Positions 9,474 to 18,307 of a stretch of 64,000 bases of DNA are shown here, one piece after another; positions within the stretch are counted from its first letter, which is position 1, and every line of letters starts with the position of its first letter. The DNA comes from an uncultured Dehalococcoidaceae bacterium. GTDB lineage: Bacteria; Chloroflexota; Dehalococcoidia; Dehalococcoidales; RBG-16-60-22. The DNA lies in contig CAZQQL010000001.1 in the NCBI GenBank assembly GCA_964595455.1, forward strand, positions 15,236 through 79,235. Direction: 5' to 3'. A program made the translations under genes and the position numbers. Under the pieces are notes generated by a model. It was not told the origin of the DNA. It ran no database searches and saw only the letters and a program-made list of their open reading frames with translations.

Positions 9474-11171
9474 GTGGCTAAGAACCAAGAATTGAACGAA
9501 GTGATTTCTACGGACGTATTGATCGTCGGCGGGGGCATCGGCGGGCTCGTGACGGCCGTCAAAGCCAAAGAAGACGCCCCGGAAATAGATGTCCTGGTTG
9601 TGGAAAAACAGACCTCCGGCTGGGCGGGTAAAGCAACAAAAATCGGCGGCATCCTTGCGTTCCTGGGGCCGGATAAAAGCGAAGAAAAATTCATTGATTT
9701 CCAGGTCCGGACTTCTGGACTGTACCTGAACGATCAGGACCTGCTGGCCAAGTATATCCGGAGTTCTTACAGCGCCATTAATGATTTTGATACGTGGGGC
9801 ACTAAACTCGCCCGCACTCCGGACGGTAAAATACTTGCTTTCCCCAACAATTTCGCGCCTGAATTATCCATGACCTTTATCGACATCGATCTGATGCTGC
9901 CGATACGGGCACAAGCCCGCAAAACGGGTGTCAAATTCATTGACAAAGTCCATATCGTCGACCTGCTGAAACAGGATGATAGAGTGGTTGGAGCGATGGG
10001 TTTCGATATCATCACTGGCAAATTCCTTACGTTCAAGGCGAAAGCTACGGTCCTGGCCAACGGCAGCTGCGGGTACAAAGTACGGCGGTTCTGGGTGGCT
10101 GGCACCGGCGACGGCATCGCTGCGGCGTATCGTGCCGGCGCTGAAATGCGCAACGCAGAATACGGCAATCTTTACGGCCACACCGTCTACCAGGATACCG
10201 ATGGAGGTATGGTCGGCCACCAGTTCCTGGTCAATTCCCTGGGGGAAAACATGGCCCAGAAATATTTGCCAGATTCCGGTCCAACGGGCGTTTTCCTGCC
10301 GGTCCCGCTGGCTGTCGGCCTGGAAAAGGAAGTAGCAGAAGGAAGAGGCCCGATAACCTTCGCTCCGCCGCCGGCGCAGGGCGGCGGTTACCCGAAGATG
10401 GGTCTACCCAAGCTTGGTGAATGGTCGCAGCTCATGGCTGAAAAAGAAGCCAAGTACGGATTACCTCCGGGCTCCAAACGTGAGATCGCTATACCGTTAC
10501 ACGGCGAGACCTCATGCGTTAAAGTCGACCATGAAATGAGGACTACGCTTAAAGGCCTCTGGGCGATCGGCGATACCAGCTATGCGGGTTCTGCTGTCGC
10601 CGGAGCAGTGTGTTCACCTCCCGGTATTACACCCGGTTCCGGTATCATGTTCGCGGTCATCAGCGGCGCCTGGGCCGGTCCTTCCGCGGCGCGGTATGCC
10701 TTGGAAACAGAGCCGGGTAAAGACTTGAGTGCTGCTGAACTGCGAGACGCCAGAAACGATCTCTTTAAACCTCTTGAGCAGACTAAACGTGTTCAGTCCG
10801 GTGAAGTCATCGAATCCCTGCAGGAAATAACCGCTCCCATTAAATACAACCTGCGCCGCAGTGAGGAGCGCCTTAACCAGGCGCTGGCGGTACTTGAAAA
10901 TCTCAAGGCGAAACTGCCTGAAATGCAGGCTAAAGACCCTCATTATCTCAGTAAATGCCATGAAATCAAGAGCATGGTATTGTGCGCCGAACTCACCTAC
11001 CGCGCCGCCTTGATGAGAGAGGAAAGCCGCGGCTCCCATTTCCGCGAGGACTTCCCGCAGCGGGATGATAAAAACTGGCTGAAGTGGGTCATCATCAGAC
11101 AGCAGAACGGCTCGATGAAATTGACCACGCAACCGGTACCGATTGACAGGTACGGCATTCAACCCGGTTAG
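9474..11171 (+). CDS. FAD-dependent oxidoreductase, fumarate reductase / adenylylsulfate reductase alpha-like
   Basis: DVLIVGGGIGG dinucleotide fold; C-terminal ESRGSHFREDFP block typical of the FRD/SDH/AprA flavoprotein family. GTG 9474 follows AAGGAGG. Confidence 0.8.
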   Translation: MAKNQELNEVISTDVLIVGGGIGGLVTAVKAKEDAPEIDVLVVEKQTSGWAGKATKIGGILAFLGPDKSEEKFIDFQVRTSGLYLNDQDLLAKYIRSSYSAINDFDTWGTKLARTPDGKILAFPNNFAPELSMTFIDIDLMLPIRAQARKTGVKFIDKVHIVDLLKQDDRVVGAMGFDIITGKFLTFKAKATVLANGSCGYKVRRFWVAGTGDGIAAAYRAGAEMRNAEYGNLYGHTVYQDTDGGMVGHQFLVNSLGENMAQKYLPDSGPTGVFLPVPLAVGLEKEVAEGRGPITFAPPPAQGGGYPKMGLPKLGEWSQLMAEKEAKYGLPPGSKREIAIPLHGETSCVKVDHEMRTTLKGLWAIGDTSYAGSAVAGAVCSPPGITPGSGIMFAVISGAWAGPSAARYALETEPGKDLSAAELRDARNDLFKPLEQTKRVQSGEVIESLQEITAPIKYNLRRSEERLNQALAVLENLKAKLPEMQAKDPHYLSKCHEIKSMVLCAELTYRAALMREESRGSHFREDFPQRDDKNWLKWVIIRQQNGSMKLTTQPVPIDRYGIQPG

Positions 11172-11181
11172 CATCTGTTTA

Positions 11182-11229
11182 TTGACACGTGCGAGTCTTT
11201 ATTCTAAGCTGAAGTGACCCAATTCACTT
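11182..11229 (+). promoter_or_regulatory. Candidate promoter plus inverted-repeat operator upstream of the MarR gene
   Basis: TTGACA at 11182-11187, 17-nt spacer, TAAGCT. Inverted repeat AAGTGA-n6-TCACTT at 11212-11229. Confidence 0.3.
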
Positions 11230-11250
11230 TAGAAGAGCAGGTTCGTTGTC

Positions 11251-11751
11251 ATGAGCCCATTCGATAAAGATCTGGAAAAAGTACGTGAGCAAAAGAAGAA
11301 CGATCCGGATATCAACCTATACATCCTGCTCGACCAGGTAGACAGCATCATCACCAATGCCGTAGAGCTCGAGATCAAACACCTTCATCTCACCCAGCCC
11401 CAGGCCAGGGTCCTGACCATGCTGTCCCGAGAAGGCGCACCGGCCACTATCGAGGAACTGGCTAACTGGACGTTGAAAGAATTCAACTCCGTATCCACGC
11501 TCATCAACCGCATGGAGAAAAAGGACCTGATCAAAAAATTGAAGAAACCCGGTGATCTGAAAACGTATGTTGCCCTGACCGAAAAGGGCAGCCTTCTTTA
11601 CCATCACCAGGTCACTGAGCGTTCAATTCATTTAATCTTCGAGAGATTATCTGATGAAGAAAAGATACAGTTGGATTCCATACTGAAAAAACTACGCGAT
11701 ACTACCCGGGACCTGCTGGGATTGGATTACCGTCCGCCCTTTTTACCATAG
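11251..11751 (+). CDS. MarR-family transcriptional regulator
   Basis: 166 aa. Winged-HTH region LTQPQARVLTMLSREGAPATIEELANWT...VSTLINRMEKKDLI. Confidence 0.85.
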   Translation: MSPFDKDLEKVREQKKNDPDINLYILLDQVDSIITNAVELEIKHLHLTQPQARVLTMLSREGAPATIEELANWTLKEFNSVSTLINRMEKKDLIKKLKKPGDLKTYVALTEKGSLLYHHQVTERSIHLIFERLSDEEKIQLDSILKKLRDTTRDLLGLDYRPPFLP

Positions 11752-12000
11752 TGTTTTCAATCTGACCTGTTCTTTTCAGTGCAACACATCCGTATGAAAT
11801 ACTTTTGAGAACAAACAGCTCTGCCTGTCGTTCCGGGCTATCCCGGATGACAGGCAGAAGAAGCGTCCCTTTTTACAGTTATTAGAAGTTACGCAGGTCA
11901 GTACCTTCCATATTTTCGGAACCCACCGACGCAATGACTGCATATCCTTACAGCAGCAAATCTGGAACAGTACACCGGCTTCACACCTCTCTTCCTGCGG

Positions 12001-12612
12001 TTACTCGTCCCAGAGCCTGAACGGCGGGTAATCATCCGTCATGAGAGCAACGTAGGCAGCGACGCGATAGGACCACCGGTTCGTGCCGACAACGAGTTTG
12101 AAGATGTCGTCCGGGTATTTACCGGTAAAGAGCACGACGATAGCGCCGAAAATGGCCAGGATGAATGTCAATCCAACACGGCTGAACTCCGCCCCGCCTC
12201 CCTGGAAGAGGGACAATACGATGTAATGAGGAATAGCGAGCAGCCACCACTTGACGAGCACCAGGCCGCGGGAAAAACGCTCGGGGTATTCTACGGTCAG
12301 ATCAGCCGGATAGTTGTCATCAGGCTGAAGGCTGAACGGCGGATACTTGTCTGTTCCCAATGCCTGATAGCTGTAAAACCCGACGCGCCAGGACCAGCGC
12401 AGAACACCGGTATTAAAATCAAAGAGACCTCTCGGATATTTACCCGTGAACAGGATAGCAAAGAACGCGATGATGGATACCACGATAAACGCTATCCAGA
12501 GGAACACGAGACAGATGTAGTGCGGAATCGCCAGCAGCCATTTGAGCAGCCACCAAGCCCGTGACGGCGGCTCGGTCAATTCACCCCTGATAGATACCGG
12601 ATACGCTTTCAT
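12001..12612 (-). CDS. DUF4389-like membrane protein (internally duplicated)
   Basis: Two repeats each carry W(L/W)LAIPHYI, FTGKYP and DxYPPF blocks. Confidence 0.7.
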   Translation of the reverse strand: MKAYPVSIRGELTEPPSRAWWLLKWLLAIPHYICLVFLWIAFIVVSIIAFFAILFTGKYPRGLFDFNTGVLRWSWRVGFYSYQALGTDKYPPFSLQPDDNYPADLTVEYPERFSRGLVLVKWWLLAIPHYIVLSLFQGGGAEFSRVGLTFILAIFGAIVVLFTGKYPDDIFKLVVGTNRWSYRVAAYVALMTDDYPPFRLWDE

Positions 12613-12704
12613 ATAACCAACTCCTTTACCGTTATTGTTTTATGGCCCGTTACTTCCAGGGAAGCAGCACGAGCAATTGGTCCTCTGGTGGTTTGCTACT
12701 GTCA

Positions 12705-13469
12705 TCAATGCTGTTTCGCCAACCGCCGGCCCAACAGATCAAACAGGTGTCCTGCCAGCCGCTTCGGTATTCCCAGAGAGGTTTCGTAATAATATACCGA
12801 CTCGAACCATCCCTTTTCTTTGTAGTAGTGATAGTCCCGGAATGCTACTCCTGCAGCCTTGACCATGGGCCGTGCGATGCGGAACATCATCAACCTGTAG
12901 AATGAAGGCGCAGGGGTTGGGCGCGTAAGCTCCCTGTAAAAGCCGGCAGAAGCCCGTTTGACTTTCCTTACCAGTTTTTCGTTCTGCGCTTCGGTCATCG
13001 GTTCCAGGGTATTGACACAGCAGCCCTTTGAAAAGTGAAAACCCATGAGTTCACAATTAAAGCGGAGATATTTGACAATACCCCCACCCTTGCCGATACC
13101 TTGCGTGACGATAGCCGTGCAAGCCCTACCGAAGAACCTGGGGCGATGATCGATGAACGCCAGGCGGTCGAAGAGGTTTTTCAACCGGGCTGGAAGCTGG
13201 AATGCGTAGTTCGGAGCGGCAAACACGACCCCATCAGCCTGCTCCAGTTTACCAAGCAGCATGTCCCGGTCGTCCTTCAGAGGGCAATATTCTTCACCTT
13301 TATCGAAGCAGACCTTGCATCCCCGGCAGAATTCGAGGTGATGATCGCTTAAAAACAGGTACGTAAAATCGATTTCTCCCCTCTGCTTCAGTTCTTTTTC
13401 AAACTCCTGCACGGCCCGGTATGTGTTTCTCCTGGTCTGAGTTCCTATGACAGCGATTATGTTTTTCAT
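12705..13469 (-). CDS. Flavodoxin-fold NAD(P)H-dependent FMN reductase / iron-sulfur flavoprotein-like
   Basis: MKNIIAVIGTQTRRNTY N-terminus, CRGCKVC cluster, AAPNYAFQLP block. Start is preceded by GGAGGTG. Confidence 0.65.
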   Translation of the reverse strand: MKNIIAVIGTQTRRNTYRAVQEFEKELKQRGEIDFTYLFLSDHHLEFCRGCKVCFDKGEEYCPLKDDRDMLLGKLEQADGVVFAAPNYAFQLPARLKNLFDRLAFIDHRPRFFGRACTAIVTQGIGKGGGIVKYLRFNCELMGFHFSKGCCVNTLEPMTEAQNEKLVRKVKRASAGFYRELTRPTPAPSFYRLMMFRIARPMVKAAGVAFRDYHYYKEKGWFESVYYYETSLGIPKRLAGHLFDLLGRRLAKQH

Positions 13470-13506
13470 AATTGTTTTCACCTCCCCGGTCAAGGTACCA
13501 GGGGTC

Positions 13507-14064
13507 TTAAACCGAAGCTTCCGCCCTCTCTCTTATCAGGCCATGGAAAGAAGACTGTTCCCCGGTATCCCGGAACCTCCACATAACGTTCCTGGCAAAA
13601 AGACGGGCGCGGTCTATACGGGACTTGTCGGGCTGCCCCTGGCTGTCGTCTTCCCTGGCCCACCGGCGCAGGCGGGCGTCTGGCAGTATGGACATAATGC
13701 GTTTGGTCGTTTTATCAAGTTCGCCGCGGCAATCGAAGAGATCAAAAATACTGGCGCCGCGGGCGGCCGCGCGGAACTTTTCCAGCATGGGCGGGAGGTC
13801 AGAGCTGTCTTCCGGGGCGGCATGGGTGATAAAGAGAACAACGTTTCGATCATCGATGCAGTGCTTCTCTATCAATTGCTTTGTCTTCTTGTCCGGGCCC
13901 ATCTGGTGAATAGGGAAGCCGAGGAACGTGAGATCATAGCCTTCAATGGTATCAATTTCATTGATCGGCTTCAGTTCTTTCTCGGTATCGATTTCCTGAT
14001 ACATCGCCTCGGCGATTTTCCTCGTGTTACCGGTTTTGGACAGATAAGCTACCAGGACTTTCAT
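13507..14064 (-). CDS. Flavodoxin-domain protein
   Basis: MKVLVAYLSKTGNTRKIAE flavodoxin signature. Start is preceded by GGAGAGAG; the longer ORF start at 14157 is unlikely. Confidence 0.7.
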   Translation of the reverse strand: MKVLVAYLSKTGNTRKIAEAMYQEIDTEKELKPINEIDTIEGYDLTFLGFPIHQMGPDKKTKQLIEKHCIDDRNVVLFITHAAPEDSSDLPPMLEKFRAAARGASIFDLFDCRGELDKTTKRIMSILPDARLRRWAREDDSQGQPDKSRIDRARLFARNVMWRFRDTGEQSSFHGLIRERAEASV

Positions 14065-14404
14065 GTTTCTCTCTCCTATCTTTCTCGTGTTGTTACCAGC
14101 ATATACCTGCCGTGTTCCCGGTGCTTCCCGCAGAAGGACGGTCTTCCAACTGGACAAAGCGGGGAATTGTTACCTGGCCGTGTGGTCAGGTAGCACCGTC
14201 CACCAGACTGTGATTTCTGTAACAGGGCCATTACTGGAATACCGCTGTCGATTGGGATAGAATAAGAACACCAAAGGGATAACGAAAGCGCGATACTAGA
14301 TATATCATCACGGGGCGGAAGGGCTGTGCGGTTACGGAAAACGGGACAATCGGAAAACAAATAGTCGTAAACGCGAGGCCGATTCGACGAAATCCGGAGA
14401 GAGT

Positions 14405-15955
14405 TTGATAGAAGACATTCTGAACTCAGATCGCTTTTACCGTTCTGCCTATGAATATGCCAATGACGCCATTTTTCTGATGGACCGGGATACATTCATC
14501 GATTGCAATCGGAAGACGGAGGAAATGTTCGGGTGCCATCGGGATGATATTCTCCGCAGGAAACCGCAGGATTTTTCACCACCCCAGCAGCCGGACGGCA
14601 GCAGCTCCGGAATTCGGGCGAAAGAGTATATCGAAGCTGCGATGAGCGGAGCGCCCCAGGTTTTTGAATGGACACACAAGAAACTCGATGGGACCATATT
14701 CGATGCCGAAGTCAGTCTCAACCGCTTCAGCATCGGTGATAACACGTTGATTTTAGCCATCGTCAGAGATGTTACACGGCGTAAGCAGGCAGAAACGGCG
14801 CTTAAAGAATCCCACGATGCGCTCGAGTCAATGGTTGATCAACGTACGGTTGAACTGCGAAAGGCTAACGAGTTACTGGAAAAAGAGATCGCCCGGCGCG
14901 AGAAGGCACAGGATGCTCTGGGTAAAAGCGAGGCGAGATACCGGGAGTTCCTGGAACAGGTCAACAGCATCGTCCTGGAAATGGATGTCGATGGCAAGGT
15001 GACGTTCATGAACCGGTTCGGGCGCAGGTTTTTCGGCTTCACGAAAGCAGAAATAATCGGGAAGAGCGTTATGGGCACGATAGTGCCGGAACTGGACGGG
15101 GCGGGTATCGACCTGAGACAGCATATCCAGAACATCCTCCGTAATCCCGAGGTGTACTTCAACAGCGAGAACGAAAACATCCGTAAGAACGGAGAACGTG
15201 TATGGATTTCCTGGACGAACAGGGTCGTATATAATCCCAAACTGGACGGCACGGAAATACTCTGTATCGGCGTCGACCGGACGGAGCAAAAAAAGGCCCA
15301 GGATACCGTTGCCAGGGAGATTAAAGAGAAGGCGGCTGCAGATGAACGCAACCGTCTTGCCAGGGAATTGCATGACGCCGTGAGCCAGACACTGTTCTCT
15401 GCCAGCCTTATAGCTGAAGTGCTGCCCAGATTATGGGAAAAAGACCGCGAGGAAGGGAAGCGGCGGTTGGAGGAAGTGAGGCAGCTCTCCCGCGGCGCCC
15501 TTGCCGAGATGCGTACCCTTCTCTTTGAGCTGCGGCCGTCAGCCCTCGCAGAGGCAGAACTATCCGAATTGCTCCGTCATCTCGCGGACAGCATCACCGG
15601 CCGCTGGCGATTACCGGTAACTGTTGATATTATGGGTGCTGTTAACCTGGCGCCGGACGTCAAGATCGCTTTTTACCGCATTGTCCAGGAAGCGCTCAAT
15701 AATGTCGCCAAGCACTCCGGCGCCTCCGGAGCAACGGTGGTTCTGGAGTGTCGGGACGATCGAACCGTGTTGTCCATAAGTGACGACGGCAAGGGGTTCG
15801 ACGTTGCCAGTCTGCCGCCGGAAAGCATGGGGATAGGGATAATGAAAGAGCGCGCCAGGGCCATCGGGGCTCAGTTTACGATTACCAGCCGATTAAAACG
15901 TGGCACTGAGATATCCATTACCCTGCCGGAAACACATAGGGAGGTAGTACGATGA
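14405..15955 (+). CDS. PAS-domain sensor histidine kinase (HisKA_3 / NarL-partner type)
   Basis: Two PAS-like segments, a coiled linker, the phospho-acceptor region RLARELHDAVSQTL and the ATPase block ISDDGKGF. The TTG start is uncertain. Confidence 0.85.
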   Translation: MIEDILNSDRFYRSAYEYANDAIFLMDRDTFIDCNRKTEEMFGCHRDDILRRKPQDFSPPQQPDGSSSGIRAKEYIEAAMSGAPQVFEWTHKKLDGTIFDAEVSLNRFSIGDNTLILAIVRDVTRRKQAETALKESHDALESMVDQRTVELRKANELLEKEIARREKAQDALGKSEARYREFLEQVNSIVLEMDVDGKVTFMNRFGRRFFGFTKAEIIGKSVMGTIVPELDGAGIDLRQHIQNILRNPEVYFNSENENIRKNGERVWISWTNRVVYNPKLDGTEILCIGVDRTEQKKAQDTVAREIKEKAAADERNRLARELHDAVSQTLFSASLIAEVLPRLWEKDREEGKRRLEEVRQLSRGALAEMRTLLFELRPSALAEAELSELLRHLADSITGRWRLPVTVDIMGAVNLAPDVKIAFYRIVQEALNNVAKHSGASGATVVLECRDDRTVLSISDDGKGFDVASLPPESMGIGIMKERARAIGAQFTITSRLKRGTEISITLPETHREVVR

Positions 15956-16593
15956 GCGTCATCCGAAGCATTCGAGTCATGATAGTGGACGACCACACAG
16001 TAGTCCGTAGCGGTCTCAGCGCCGTCCTCAAGGCTTTCGATGACCTGGAAATGGTAGGAGAAGCCGGTAACGGTGAGGAAGCCGTGGTAAAGTGCGGTCA
16101 GACCCGGCCGGATGTGGTCCTGATGGACCTGGTCATGCCGGGAATGGATGGAGCCGCGGCAACACGAGCAATCCTGGAAAAATACCCCGGGGTGAAGGTC
16201 ATCGCCCTGACCAGTTTCAAGGAACGTGACCTGGTGGAAGCCGCCCTGAAGGCCGGCGCTATCAGCTATCTTCTGAAGAATATCTCAGCCGATGAACTTG
16301 CCGCCGCTATCCGGGAGGCAGCCGCCGGCCGTTCCAGCCTCTCTCCCGAGGCAGCGGAAGTACTGATTGAAAGAGTTAGGAAACCGGCAGAAAAGGAATA
16401 CAGGCTGACCGGACGCGAAAATGAGATACTGTCATTCATGGTACAGGGTATTTCCAACAGCGATATCGCAGAAAAGCTCGTTCTCAGCCGGTCCACCATC
16501 AAGTTCCATGTTAGTAATATACTTTCCAAGCTGGAGGTCGCCAGCCGCACCGAGGCGGTAGCGCTGGCCGTAAAAAACCACCTGGTCAACTGA
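15952..16593 (+). CDS. NarL/LuxR-family response regulator
   Basis: Receiver domain (VLMDLVMPGMDG) plus LuxR HTH (LTGRENEILSFMVQGISNSDIAEKL). ATGA overlap with the kinase gene. Confidence 0.9.
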   Translation: MSVIRSIRVMIVDDHTVVRSGLSAVLKAFDDLEMVGEAGNGEEAVVKCGQTRPDVVLMDLVMPGMDGAAATRAILEKYPGVKVIALTSFKERDLVEAALKAGAISYLLKNISADELAAAIREAAAGRSSLSPEAAEVLIERVRKPAEKEYRLTGRENEILSFMVQGISNSDIAEKLVLSRSTIKFHVSNILSKLEVASRTEAVALAVKNHLVN

Positions 16594-16626
16594 ACAGTAT
16601 CATTACTGTCCCCCGGAGCGGGTATG

Positions 16627-16668
16627 AAAACCCCCGGCAGACTGATGTCTCCCGGGGGTTTTTATTTT
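16627..16668 (+). terminator. Rho-independent terminator after the response regulator
   Basis: AAAACCCCCGG ... CCCGGGGGTTTT stem followed by TTTATTTT. Confidence 0.6.
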
Positions 16669-16700
16669 AAACTGGAACCATAAAGAACCGGGAATACAAA

Positions 16701-17087
16701 ATGGAGAGCAGGATGATAGTACTTATTGCTGATGCTCACCCTGAAATTCGCTCTGCACTACGCCTCGTACTGGAACAGGAAACAGGCTTTTCTCTGATAG
16801 CAGAGGCCGGTAATGCAGAAGAGTTATGGGCGGCGATGGCGGTATGGCCTCCCAATTTATTGTTGTTCGATTGGGACTTGCCGGGCAGTACCGGGAAGTT
16901 CGCGGTAAAAGCATTACGCGAGCGATTTCCGGACCTTTCCATCATCGTGATGAGTGTAACCACGTCAATCAAGCCGTCGGCCTTAAGCGCCGGAGCCAGT
17001 GGTTTTATTGACAAGAACAACGCAGCTCAGGAAGCGATAACTGTATTGAGGAGCTATCAGATTCCGGGCGCCGGATCCTGGGAGTAA
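16701..17087 (+). CDS. Stand-alone response-regulator receiver domain
   Basis: 128 aa, receiver fold only (LLLFDWDLPG, MSVTTS, K-containing C-terminal part). The alternative start at 16713 is possible. Confidence 0.75.
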   Translation: MESRMIVLIADAHPEIRSALRLVLEQETGFSLIAEAGNAEELWAAMAVWPPNLLLFDWDLPGSTGKFAVKALRERFPDLSIIVMSVTTSIKPSALSAGASGFIDKNNAAQEAITVLRSYQIPGAGSWE

Positions 17088-17191
17088 AAAGCCGCCTCTG
17101 TTCCCGTCCGTGCTACCGGCAGAGTTTACTCACCCTCATTCTGATCAATACAGCAGGGTTGACAGCTAAACGATACTATGAGGTGTAGGGG

Positions 17192-17983
17192 ATGAGTACG
17201 GAAATCTATTATTTTACGGGGACGGGTAATTCACTGGCGGTCGCGAGGGACATTGCCGGGAATACCGGCGGCAAACTTATCGGCATCCCCTCAGTAGTAG
17301 AGAAAGAGGAAATCCAGGTAAGTGCTGATATACTCGGCATCATTTTTCCGGCCTACTGCACGAGACTGCCGAGGATCGTCGAAAGGTTCGTCGGCAAACT
17401 CACCGATATCCAGTCCAGGTATATCTTTGCTGTTGTCACCGTCGGGGGTATTTCCGGACATATCCTGGACCGCCTTTCTGAAGCGATCAGCCGGCAGGGC
17501 GGCAGCCTGGCCGCCGGTTTTATCGTGCGAATGCCGGCAAACTACATCCACAACGCCGATGCCCTGCCCCTGTTCCTGCAAAACAGGATGTTCCGCAAGT
17601 GGCAGAGGCGGGCGGGCGAAATATCTGAGTACGTTCTCAAGGGCAGACGGGGACGGTTGGAAAAATTTAATCCCATCATGACATTTTTGTTTTCAAGAAC
17701 AATCGAGAAAAAACTGGAACTCGGCGAGTTGAGCCCGGATGCCGACAAGAATTTCAGAGTGGATGATACGTGTAATAGTTGCGGTATCTGCATGAGGATC
17801 TGCCCGGTTGGCAACATCCGGATGGTTGACGGTACACCGAAGTGGCAAAACCACTGCGAAAAGTGTCTTGCCTGTATCCAGTGGTGCCCCGAGGAGGCTA
17901 TCCAGTACGGGGAGGCAACCGTTAAAAGAAAACGCTACCATCATCCCGGAGTCAAACTCGCCGACATGTTGAGAAGAAGTTAA
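17192..17983 (+). CDS. EFR1-type flavodoxin-like / 2x[4Fe-4S] ferredoxin fusion
   Basis: IYYFTGTGNS N-terminus; CNSCGICMRICPVGNI and CEKCLACIQWCPEEAI cluster motifs. Confidence 0.7.
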   Translation: MSTEIYYFTGTGNSLAVARDIAGNTGGKLIGIPSVVEKEEIQVSADILGIIFPAYCTRLPRIVERFVGKLTDIQSRYIFAVVTVGGISGHILDRLSEAISRQGGSLAAGFIVRMPANYIHNADALPLFLQNRMFRKWQRRAGEISEYVLKGRRGRLEKFNPIMTFLFSRTIEKKLELGELSPDADKNFRVDDTCNSCGICMRICPVGNIRMVDGTPKWQNHCEKCLACIQWCPEEAIQYGEATVKRKRYHHPGVKLADMLRRS

Positions 17984-18307
17984 TGAGTAATATAATGGGA
18001 CGATGCAGACAATGGTCGGCAGCGGGCTACAAACCATCCAATGAGTCAGGTCCTGGAAGTGCCGGATATCAAGAGTGATTTGGCCGCTCTCATACCCGAA
18101 GAGCATGTGTCTCTCCAGCATGCTTTCAGATGCGGTAACGCTGAACCCGAGACGGCTCATACGCCACGGAGAGCCCCCCACAAAAAAGGCCGTGTAACGC
18201 AAATCAACTATTGTATTGCCACTTGCAATCTTTTCTAATTAGAGATAACGTGAGACCGGACCGCAAACGTGTAGGTCAACGAAAACAATAAGAAAGGATA
18301 GCAGAGA

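Noticed and set aside
11821-11857. Hairpin CTGCCTGTC...GACAGGCAG between the convergent MarR and DUF4389 genes.
   Set aside because: It is a plausible terminator, but neither side has a clear T-run. I left it out of the feature list because assignment to a strand would be arbitrary.
14076-14495. 139-aa minus-strand ORF in the flavodoxin/kinase intergenic region.
   Set aside because: It has no RBS and overlaps both the flavodoxin upstream region and the kinase start, with an implausible composition. The region is better explained as a divergent promoter.
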